Shown piece by piece: positions 1-8,600 of a stretch of 64,000 nucleotides of DNA (its first letter is position 1; the number at the start of each line of letters is the position of its first letter). The position numbers and the translations under genes are program-made. The stretch is from positions 1 through 64,000 of the IMG/VR virus record IMGVR_UViG_3300035703_000060. One strand, written 5' to 3'. The stretch is from a virus. Under the pieces are notes generated by a model, which searched no databases, was not told where the DNA came from, and worked only from the letters and a program-made list of their open reading frames with translations.

Positions 1-20
1 TGAAAAATGAAATCCCTTAG

Positions 21-197
21 ATGAAAAAAAATTCCCCAGAAAATTTTAGACCCCTACAAGTTGATCCAATAAACGGCGACTATTATGTTATAATACCAGA
101 GTGGATTGTAAATGATCTTTCATGGTATGAAGATACACAAATAGAATTCACAATCGATGGTAAAGATATTATACTCTCAGAAAAAGAAGATGACTGA
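21..197 (+). CDS. small AbrB/MazE-like protein (58 aa, not in ORF track)
   Basis: Hand translation MKKNSPENFRPLQVDPINGDYYVIIPEWIVNDLSWYEDTQIEFTIDGKDIILSEKEDD. The V-x-IP...L-x-W...I-x-F...I-I-L pattern resembles swapped-hairpin AbrB domains. Overlaps the next start. Confidence 0.6.
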   Translation: MKKNSPENFRPLQVDPINGDYYVIIPEWIVNDLSWYEDTQIEFTIDGKDIILSEKEDD

Positions 198-381
198 AAC
201 ACTCTATCACATATACTTAAAAGATAAATGCATCTATCATTCACTTACAGAAGATGAATTTAATCTAACCTGGAGAATGATTTCAGAATTTCTTTCAATT
301 ACAGATGACTCTAAGAAAAACGACCTTTCTTATGAGCAAGTAGTCCGTTCAAAAGAACTTGTATTAAATTCATCTCATTGA
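190..381 (+). CDS. small hypothetical phage protein
   Basis: Track ORF 157..381; the ATG at 190 (MTETLYHIY) overlaps the upstream stop and is the more likely start. Confidence 0.65.
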   Translation: MTETLYHIYLKDKCIYHSLTEDEFNLTWRMISEFLSITDDSKKNDLSYEQVVRSKELVLNSSH

Positions 382-406
382 CAATTCACTATATACTTGG
401 TATGAT
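378..406 (+). promoter_or_regulatory. sigma70-type promoter
   Basis: TTGACA (378-383), 17-nt spacer, TG-n-TATGAT (401-406). Confidence 0.8.
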
Positions 407-428
407 ATGAAAGTAACCTATCTTCTTT

Positions 429-902
429 ATGAATTTAAAAGAAAAATTTCATAAGTATCTTCCAGACAATCTTGACAAAAACAAATGTTGGGAATGGAAA
501 GGATCAATAAATCGTGGATATGGTGTAATATGTCACAATAAAAAAACTATTAAAGCACATAGAGTATCATATGAATTATATTATGAAAAACCTTTAAATG
601 ATCTTCATTGTCTCCATAACTGTGATAATCCGTCCTGCGTAAATCCACTACATTTATTTGCAGGAACAAATCTAGATAATGTAAGAGATAAAATAAACAA
701 AGGTAGATGTTATACGGGTCATCAAAAAGGTGAGCATAATGGAGCATCTAAATTAAAAGATGGAGATGTAATTCAAATTAGAGAGTTGTATAATAATCAA
801 AATTATACAACCATAAAATTAGGAAAAATGTATGGAGTTAACCGTGCTACAATTTCCTACATTGTAAATAACAAAACTTATACACATTTATTGGAGGAAT
901 GA
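429..902 (+). CDS. free-standing HNH homing endonuclease with C-terminal helix-turn-helix
   Basis: CWEWKG...AHRVSYE...HNCDNPSCVNPLHL..GTNLDNVRD motif; C-terminal KLKDGDVIQIR...YGVNRATISYI HTH-like tail. Confidence 0.9.
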   Translation: MNLKEKFHKYLPDNLDKNKCWEWKGSINRGYGVICHNKKTIKAHRVSYELYYEKPLNDLHCLHNCDNPSCVNPLHLFAGTNLDNVRDKINKGRCYTGHQKGEHNGASKLKDGDVIQIRELYNNQNYTTIKLGKMYGVNRATISYIVNNKTYTHLLEE

Positions 903-905
903 ATC

Positions 906-1664
906 TTGGCAAAGGGTTTTACAGTAAAGGCAAAGGCACCAATTGTCTCACAGACAACACAAGAATGGGATTATGATTTAGCAAAAGAAATGGTAAAGGG
1001 AAAATCCATTGTCTTTTGTTTGCCAGGAAGAGGAGTGTCATATGCATATTTGAAAAACTTTGTTCAACTTTGCTTTGACATTGTTCAGGCCGGAGCAAGC
1101 ATCCAGATCTCGCAAGACTATTCATCAATGGTAAACTTTGCAAGATGCAAATGTTTAGGTGCGAATGTACTGCGAGGACCTGATCAACTTCCCTGGGATG
1201 GAAAACTTCAATACGATTGGCAACTTTGGATTGATTCTGATATTGTATTCAATACAGAAAAGTTCTGGCAGTTGATTTTAATGGACAAAGATATTGCAAG
1301 TGGTTGGTATTGTACCGAAGATGGTCATACAACTTCGGTGGCTCACTGGATGGAAGAAGAAGATTTTAGAAGTAATGGTGGAGTCATGAATCATGAAACT
1401 CTCGAAAGTATTTCAAAGCGTCGGAAACCATTCACAGTTGATTATGCTGGATTTGGATGGTTAATGATCAAGAAGGGAGTCTTTGAACATCCAGAAATGA
1501 AGTATCCTTGGTTCGCTCCAAAGATGCAAATTTTCGAATCTGGTGAAGTTCAAGACATGTGTGGTGAAGATGTGTCATTCTGTCTGGATGCAAAAGAAGC
1601 AGGATTTGAAATCTGGTGTGATCCTCGTATCAGAGTTGGTCACGAAAAAACAAGAGTTATTTGA
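906..1664 (+). CDS. conserved cyanophage glycosyltransferase-like (GT-A fold) protein
   Basis: WIDSD DxD motif, GFGWLMIKKGVF, GEDVSFC, RVGHEK. TTG start with GGAGG at 893-897. Confidence 0.7.
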   Translation: MAKGFTVKAKAPIVSQTTQEWDYDLAKEMVKGKSIVFCLPGRGVSYAYLKNFVQLCFDIVQAGASIQISQDYSSMVNFARCKCLGANVLRGPDQLPWDGKLQYDWQLWIDSDIVFNTEKFWQLILMDKDIASGWYCTEDGHTTSVAHWMEEEDFRSNGGVMNHETLESISKRRKPFTVDYAGFGWLMIKKGVFEHPEMKYPWFAPKMQIFESGEVQDMCGEDVSFCLDAKEAGFEIWCDPRIRVGHEKTRVI

Positions 1665-1668
1665 GTCT

Positions 1669-1839
1669 ATGACAAATAATCACGAAAAATATAATATCTA
1701 CTGCAATGGTCGCAAAATTTATTCCGATCTTTCAGAGGAAGACTATTTGGATGTGATGCAAGATTTAGCAGAGGAGTTCTATGAAAATGGAACTCCTGCG
1801 CCTTATGAATTAAACACTGAAATTATACAAGGAGATTAA
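1669..1839 (+). CDS. small hypothetical phage protein
   Basis: 3' part of track ORF 1543..1839; ATG 4 nt after the upstream stop. Confidence 0.65.
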   Translation: MTNNHEKYNIYCNGRKIYSDLSEEDYLDVMQDLAEEFYENGTPAPYELNTEIIQGD

Positions 1840-1844
1840 GTCTT

Positions 1845-2000
1845 ATGGCAGTTAAAGCAAAAGGTGGTTTGAACAAGAATAGTTCTTATATTCCAGGGCC
1901 ACCGAAGAAATCTCGTCAAGGAGATGGTATGGGCACCAAGTATGCCGCATCTTCTCGCAATGGGGCACGTAAGAAGTACAGGGGTCAAGGTAAAGGATGA
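1845..2000 (+). CDS. small basic K/R/G-rich protein (51 aa, not in ORF track)
   Basis: MAVKAKGGLNKNSSYIPGAPKKSRQGDGMGTKYAASSRNGARKKYRGQGKG. GGAG upstream, ATGA overlap with the next gene, fills the gap exactly. Confidence 0.75.
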   Translation: MAVKAKGGLNKNSSYIPGPPKKSRQGDGMGTKYAASSRNGARKKYRGQGKG

Positions 2001-2653
2001 GTCAATTAATCACCAACATACCAGCTAAGAAGGTTTGGGTTCGTAAAGAATACTTACGTGATTTGCAAGATGGGCATGGTGAATTTGTAGAGGGCGTCTG
2101 GGTAACGGCAAAGTCCTTACCTGGACGTGCTTTTTATTTTGAAACTTATTTACCAGAATATGGTGCATTGTATGATAAGTTACCCATCTCTGCATTTGTC
2201 TCATCTCCAAAAACACCAGATCCAGATTTAGATCTTCCGAATCTTCAATTTTGGAACTGCATGGATTATGGAGTTCGCTGTATTAAGAAAAAACATATAG
2301 CAGAATTAGATTTTGAGTTAAGAACAAGACATTTTGGAACTATAAAAGGTCAATATGTTTTTAGTCTCGATAATTATCATCCAGAAAATGATATTGTTGA
2401 TTGTGGAACAAGTGAACTTCCAGAGGAACATAAGTCTCATAACTGCATTTTGTTAGAAAATGGACAATTTGCACTATATCCAAACAATAGAATGCGATTG
2501 TACAGTCCATCTAGAACTCCAGAACAAGTGAAAACACCAGACTTTAAAGTTTCTACACATTTTTATCAGGTAGAAACTGGTTTAAACTGGGGAAGATTGG
2601 GAGATACAGATGAATATTTCTGGCAAACTCCTGAAGAAAAGCAAAATAAATAA
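1997..2653 (+). CDS. conserved hypothetical cyanophage protein
   Basis: 218-aa ORF translationally coupled to the upstream gene; no function recognised. Confidence 0.75.
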   Translation: MSQLITNIPAKKVWVRKEYLRDLQDGHGEFVEGVWVTAKSLPGRAFYFETYLPEYGALYDKLPISAFVSSPKTPDPDLDLPNLQFWNCMDYGVRCIKKKHIAELDFELRTRHFGTIKGQYVFSLDNYHPENDIVDCGTSELPEEHKSHNCILLENGQFALYPNNRMRLYSPSRTPEQVKTPDFKVSTHFYQVETGLNWGRLGDTDEYFWQTPEEKQNK

Positions 2654-2673
2654 ATTTTTTGCCAAAAACTGAA

Positions 2674-3015
2674 TTGGAACAGTACTCAATGGGTAAACAC
2701 CTGCTCTTAGAGGTGTATGATGTTGATTTTGAAGCGATTAATGACGTAGAATCGCTTCAAAATTCAATGATCAAAGGTATAAATCGTGCAAAGATGACGA
2801 TTTTGAACACTTTTTCCCATTGTTTTATTCCTCAAGGATGTACAATAGTCATTGCACTCGCAGAAAGTCATGTTTCTTGTCATACATGGCCCGAAAACGG
2901 GTGTCTTGCCATTGATGTTTACACATGTGGTGAAGGAAACCCAAAATTAATTGCACTTGAACTTTTAAAATACTTAAATTCGGACAATTACGCCATCAGA
3001 GAAATAAATCGTTAA
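2674..3015 (+). CDS. speD: S-adenosylmethionine decarboxylase proenzyme (pyruvoyl-dependent, class 1b)
   Basis: GKHLLLEVY, LAESHVSCHTWPE self-cleavage motif, AIDVYTCG. Start uncertain (2659, 2674 or 2689). Confidence 0.9.
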   Translation: MEQYSMGKHLLLEVYDVDFEAINDVESLQNSMIKGINRAKMTILNTFSHCFIPQGCTIVIALAESHVSCHTWPENGCLAIDVYTCGEGNPKLIALELLKYLNSDNYAIREINR

Positions 3016-3081
3016 ATAATAGCAAGGAGATAGCAACCTCCTTCCAAAAAAGTTCTGTTTTTACAAAAAACAGGAGCTAAA

Positions 3082-3333
3082 ATGTCCAATTTACCCGTTG
3101 ATAGAGACAAAGATTACATGTATCAGATGTGGGGAACCACTTCTCTTACCTCTGACTACAATAGTTTAGATCAAAAATCAAAAGTGATTCAAGAAATTAT
3201 GCACGATGATGTTCCAAAAAATCAACATCACCTAAAGGAACAATCTAAACTGCATCAAAAAATTAGAAATTCAAATGATTATGATGATTGGGAATATGGC
3301 ACAGAACCAAATTATGGAGTTTCTTGGAAATAA
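3082..3333 (+). CDS. hypothetical phage protein
   Basis: 83-aa ORF with AGGAG Shine-Dalgarno at 3072-3076. Confidence 0.7.
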   Translation: MSNLPVDRDKDYMYQMWGTTSLTSDYNSLDQKSKVIQEIMHDDVPKNQHHLKEQSKLHQKIRNSNDYDDWEYGTEPNYGVSWK

Positions 3334-3334
3334 C

Positions 3335-3342
3335 CATAAATA
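3335..3342 (+). promoter_or_regulatory. T4-type late promoter
   Basis: CATAAATA in the intergenic gap upstream of gp25. Confidence 0.6.
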
Positions 3343-3365
3343 ACTGAAGAAAAAGTCCTGTTCAG

Positions 3366-3776
3366 ATGGCAGTCAACCCAATTACAAGGATATCTAGATC
3401 ATTCAAGGACATTAGTTTGTCTTTTGAATCACATCCAGTAACCAAAGACTTGCCAATTTTAAAAAATGAAAGAGCGATTATAAGATCAGTACGTAATATT
3501 GTAGAAACAATACCAACCGAAAGATTTTTTAATCCAGATTTTGGTTCTGATGTAAGATCAAGTTTATTTGGTATTATTGACTTTGCAACATCATCAATCA
3601 TTGAAGATCAAATTAAGACATCGATTACTCTTTATGAACCAAGAGTTGAAAATGTTCAGGTGAATGTAAATCCAGAATATGATGATAATGCTTTAGAAGT
3701 TACAGTTATTTTTGATATTATTGGACAGGACTTCCCAACACAAGAGTTTACTTTCATCCTAGAGGCAACGAGATAA
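3366..3776 (+). CDS. gp25: baseplate wedge subunit gp25
   Basis: FKDISLSF..HPVT.D, ERFFNPDFGS, YEPRV motifs; position before gp6. Confidence 0.92.
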   Translation: MAVNPITRISRSFKDISLSFESHPVTKDLPILKNERAIIRSVRNIVETIPTERFFNPDFGSDVRSSLFGIIDFATSSIIEDQIKTSITLYEPRVENVQVNVNPEYDDNALEVTVIFDIIGQDFPTQEFTFILEATR

Positions 3777-3777
3777 A

Positions 3778-5679
3778 ATGCCTTTCACCAATTATACAAA
3801 TTTAGATTTTGATCAGATAAAATCTTCAATTAAAGATTATCTAAGAGCAAATAGTAACTTCACTGATTTTGATTTTGAAGGATCTAATTTTTCAGTTTTA
3901 ATTGATACACTAGCATACAATACTTACATTAATGCATTTAACTCAAACTTAGCTGTTAATGAAGTATTTTTAGATTCTGCAACTCTTCGTGAAAATGTAG
4001 TTTCTCTTGCAAGAAACATTGGATATGTTCCAAGGTCTAGAAAGTGCTCAACTGCGGTAGTGTCATTTAATGTTGAGACTACAAGTGAAATCTCTACACT
4101 TGCACTTCAACCAGAATTAGTTTGTATAGGATCAGTAGATAATAGTTCTTATATATTTTCAATACCAGAAGAAATTACTCGAACTGTAAGCAATGGTATT
4201 GCATCATTTAATAATATTCAAATTTATCAAGGAAGGTTTTTAAGTTTATCTTTTACTGTAAACCGTTCTTTAGATCAAAGATTTATAATTCCAAATCCAT
4301 ATGTAGACACCAGTACAATTAGAGTGTATGTAAGAGGAGTTAGTGAAACTGGTATTGGTAAAAAATATTCTTTAGTTGATAATATTATAACAGTAGATAG
4401 TAAATCAGAAATATTTTTAATTCAGGAAGTTAAAGATGAGAAATATGAACTTTTGTTTGGTGATGGAGTTTTTGGTAAAAAACTTGAAAATGGTAGTGTA
4501 ATTACAGTAAATTATATTGTAACTGATGGTAGAGATGGTAATGGTGCATCAGAATTTTCATTTGCAGGATCAATCAAAAATTCAAATGGTGCTCTTATCG
4601 CTCCATCAAATACTGTAACAGTTACTACAAGTCAATCATCAAGAAATGGATCAAATACAGAGTCAGTTGATTCTATTCGTTATTTTGCACCAAGGTTATA
4701 TTCTTCACAATACAGAGCAGTAACTGCTGGTGATTATGAATCAATTATAAAAAATATTATATACCCAAATGCAGAAGTTGTGAGTGTGGTTGGTGGAGAA
4801 GATTTAGAACCTCCAGAATATGGATCTGTAACAATATCAATTAAACCTAAAGATGGTTTGTATGTTTCACGATTCGATAAAGAATTAATATTATCAAAAT
4901 TGAAACAGTATACAATTACTGGTATAAATCAAAAAATTACAGATATTAAAGTTCTTTATATTGAATTAGATTCATATGTTTATTATAATACTTCAAATTC
5001 TCCTGGTGTAGAAAGTTTAAAAACAAAAGTAGAAAATTCTTTAATTACTTATTCAAATTCTTTAGATATAAACAAATTTGGTGGACGATTTAAGTATAGT
5101 AAATTATTGCAGATTATTGATAATACTGATGTTTCAATTACATCAAATATTACTAAGATTACAATTAGAAGAAATTTAAATGTACTGTTAAATCAATTTG
5201 CAGAATATGAATTATGTTATGGAAATAAATTTCATGTAAACTCTGAAGGAGCAAATATAAAATCTACAGGATTTAAAATACCATCAGAACCTGGGTTTGT
5301 ATATTTAACTGATAAACCAAACAAAGATAAAATTACTGGTACTCTCGCAATAATTAAATTATCACAAAATCCCTCACAATCTCCAACTACAATTATAAGT
5401 TCTGCTGGAGTGGTTGATTATCAAACTGGTGAAATAAGATTAAATGGAATTAATATCATCGGAACGGAATTGCCAAATAGTGTTGTTGAGATACAAGCAT
5501 ATCCAGAATCTAATGATGTAATAGCTCTTAAAGATTTATATCTTTCTTTAGATATTTCAAAAAGTAAAATAAATATGAATAAAGATGTAATATCTTCTGG
5601 AGAAAATACCTCTGGCGTTTTATTCGCCAGAGATTATTATCAATCAAGTTACTCTAACGGAATTTTAATTAGAAAATAA
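3778..5679 (+). CDS. gp6: baseplate wedge subunit gp6
   Basis: LDFDQIK...FTDFDFEGS..LIDTLAYNT, FGDGVFGK, RAVTAGDY. Confidence 0.93.
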   Translation: MPFTNYTNLDFDQIKSSIKDYLRANSNFTDFDFEGSNFSVLIDTLAYNTYINAFNSNLAVNEVFLDSATLRENVVSLARNIGYVPRSRKCSTAVVSFNVETTSEISTLALQPELVCIGSVDNSSYIFSIPEEITRTVSNGIASFNNIQIYQGRFLSLSFTVNRSLDQRFIIPNPYVDTSTIRVYVRGVSETGIGKKYSLVDNIITVDSKSEIFLIQEVKDEKYELLFGDGVFGKKLENGSVITVNYIVTDGRDGNGASEFSFAGSIKNSNGALIAPSNTVTVTTSQSSRNGSNTESVDSIRYFAPRLYSSQYRAVTAGDYESIIKNIIYPNAEVVSVVGGEDLEPPEYGSVTISIKPKDGLYVSRFDKELILSKLKQYTITGINQKITDIKVLYIELDSYVYYNTSNSPGVESLKTKVENSLITYSNSLDINKFGGRFKYSKLLQIIDNTDVSITSNITKITIRRNLNVLLNQFAEYELCYGNKFHVNSEGANIKSTGFKIPSEPGFVYLTDKPNKDKITGTLAIIKLSQNPSQSPTTIISSAGVVDYQTGEIRLNGINIIGTELPNSVVEIQAYPESNDVIALKDLYLSLDISKSKINMNKDVISSGENTSGVLFARDYYQSSYSNGILIRK

Positions 5680-5680
5680 T

Positions 5681-8600
5681 ATGGTACAATCAAACTTTGA
5701 ATCCAAGGTAAGAATTCAAGAAATTATTGATAATCAAATACCAGAATTTATATTAGAAGAAAATCCAAAATTTTCTGAATTTTTGAAGCAGTATTATATT
5801 TCTCAAGAATATCAGGGTGGAAGTGTAGACCTTGTTGAGAATTTAGTAGAGTACTTAAAATTAGATAATTTAACTCCAGAAGTAATTTCGGGTGATACAA
5901 AATTAACAAAAGAAGTAGTAAAATCTTCTACTGAAATTTATGTCGATAGTACAAAGGGATTTCCTAAATCGTATGGTTTGTTGCAAATTGGTGATGAAAT
6001 CATCACATATAAAAACATAGAGCAGAATCAAATCTCCGGAAGTTGTAATGTTTCTATTGGATCTACAATTGCATATACGTCTGGAATTAGTTCTTCTTTG
6101 TATATAGGAAGACCCTTTGTTATTAATTCCTTAAATGTTAGTCCAACCATAGTATCTGTAGCATCTACATTTGTTGTTTTATCAGATGTCGTTGTAAAAA
6201 ACAGTAACGTTAGTGGTTATTCTTCTATTGGTGCATATAATTTTAATATTGATAGTCCAGAGTTTACTGATTGTAGTAGAGGATTTAGTGGAATAGAGTC
6301 CTATGATAGCAAATTAGTCTTTAGTACTACAAAGGCATCTTCTCACGTAAAAAGTTCTAAAGTTATTAATTTAAGTGTATTATTTTTACAAAAATTTTAT
6401 GAAAAAATAAAGTTTACTTTTTTACCAGGTTTGGAAAAAGTAGATCTATACGAATCATTAAATGTAAATAACTTTATTAAAAATTCTAAGTCTTTCTATC
6501 AAGCAAAGGGAAGTAAAGAGTCTTTTAGGATTTTATTTAATGCTTTATATGGAATAGAACCGACTGTAATTGATCTTGAAACATTTTTATTCAAATCTTC
6601 TGCAGCAATTTATAGAAGAAGAAAAGAACTACTGTTTGAAAATTTATCTACAAATAGAAATCCTTTACTACTAACCGGATATCAAGTAACCAAAAATAAT
6701 AATTCTAACGTATTTGGTTCAGTATCTGAAGCGGAGATATTCACTAGAAATAATAAGACTTATTATAAATTTTATATATTTTTAGGATATGATGATTCAA
6801 ATTCCGAAAATAGTGGAGAATTTGAGATTACTCCATCCTCTAAAGTTGTAGAAAAAATATCTGCAGAAGATAATGCAACAGTTATTACTGTTGATTCTAC
6901 CATTGGATTTGGTAATTCTGGTAGTATATTTTGTAATGGAGTTGAGATTTTTTACACCGATAAAAGTATTAATCAATTCTTTGGGTGTTATACGAGCACC
7001 AACAATTATATTGATGCAAATATAGAAAAAACATCATTAGTATATTCTAATGATACTTACTTTGGTTATGAAAATGGTGACAAAACTAAAAAAGTTAATC
7101 TTCGTCTCTTAGGTGTAGTTAATGATATTGAAATTAAAAATGAAAATGAATCAGATTATATTTTTTCTGAAGGAGACAAAATATACATAAAAAATCTGGG
7201 TAATTTAATTAAAAATCCCCCATCAAATAAAAGTAATTTACAAGTAATTGCAAACAGTTTTATTTACAATACTAGTTCTAGGTATGAACTTAGTCAATTT
7301 AATGTAAATTCCAGAACAGCATTTACTTTAAGTGAAATTGATGACTCATCTTTAAAAGAAGGTGATTATGTAGAATTTTTAGAAAGAAATACAGAAATAC
7401 TTGAAAGTGATTTAAGTAATGTAATAGTAACTTCAATAAACAGAGAAACTGGAGAAATAGAGTTTAATTCAAACTTAGGATCATTAAATCCTTTAAAAGA
7501 TTATGATATTAGAAGAAAGTTAAAAACTTCTTCAAGTTCTGTAGTTCCTTTAAAATATGAAAATATTACTTGCGATGTAACAAATGTATATTCTGAAAAT
7601 GATCAAAATTTGTATATTGCTTCAAACTCATTACCTTCTTATCAGATAACTAAAAATTTATTTTCATATAATGCTTCTTCTTTAGTTAATTTTAATACCA
7701 CCGAAGAGAAATATACTTCAGTAAGATTTAATAGTGAAGTATCTTTTTTAAGTGGTGATAGAGTATATTATTCATATTCAAATGCTCCAATATCTGGACT
7801 TTCGGAAGGTTTATATTATGTTACAGTATCTTCTGATAAAAAAGAACTTAAATTATTTGTCTCAAAATCATTTATTTCTATAGATAAATTTGTTTATTTA
7901 GAGTCTATTCCTAGTGGAACACATACATTTACTTTATCATCACAAAAAACCCTTGATAGTGCAATATATCCTCAAAAGTTATTAAAGAAAATTGAATCTA
8001 ATGTAGATACATTTTATGATGGTAAAGATCCTATTGGAACAGAAACTATTGGTGTTCTTGTAAATGGTGTTGAAATTTTTAGTCCAAAATCAAATGATAA
8101 AATTTACTATGGGCCTTTAGAATCAGTTCAAGTTATAAATCGTGGAGAAAGTTATGATGTAATTAATCCACCAATATTAGAATTATCATCTGGAAATGCA
8201 AAATTACAACCAGTTGTTCAAGGTTCTATTGAAAAAGTACACATAGACCCTCAGGAGTTTAATATTGAAAGACCTATAACCCTATCAGTCTCTGGTGGAA
8301 ATGGTAAAGGTACAATTTTATCTCCTATAACTAAATTAAAGAGTAGGGAAGTATTTTTTGATGCAAGAATTATAGAAGAAGGTGGTGGGTTAAGCATAAC
8401 ATCAGAAACTATTACATTTTTAACAGATCATAATTTTTTTGATGGGCAAAAAGTAATCTATGATATTGACAATATTAATAATCAAAAAATTGGAATAGGT
8501 TTATTTCAAGGATCTAATAATGATAGTGGAAGATATTTGGGAAATAATTCTGTTTTTTATACAAAAGTAATCAATTCAAAAACTATACAAATTTATCCAA

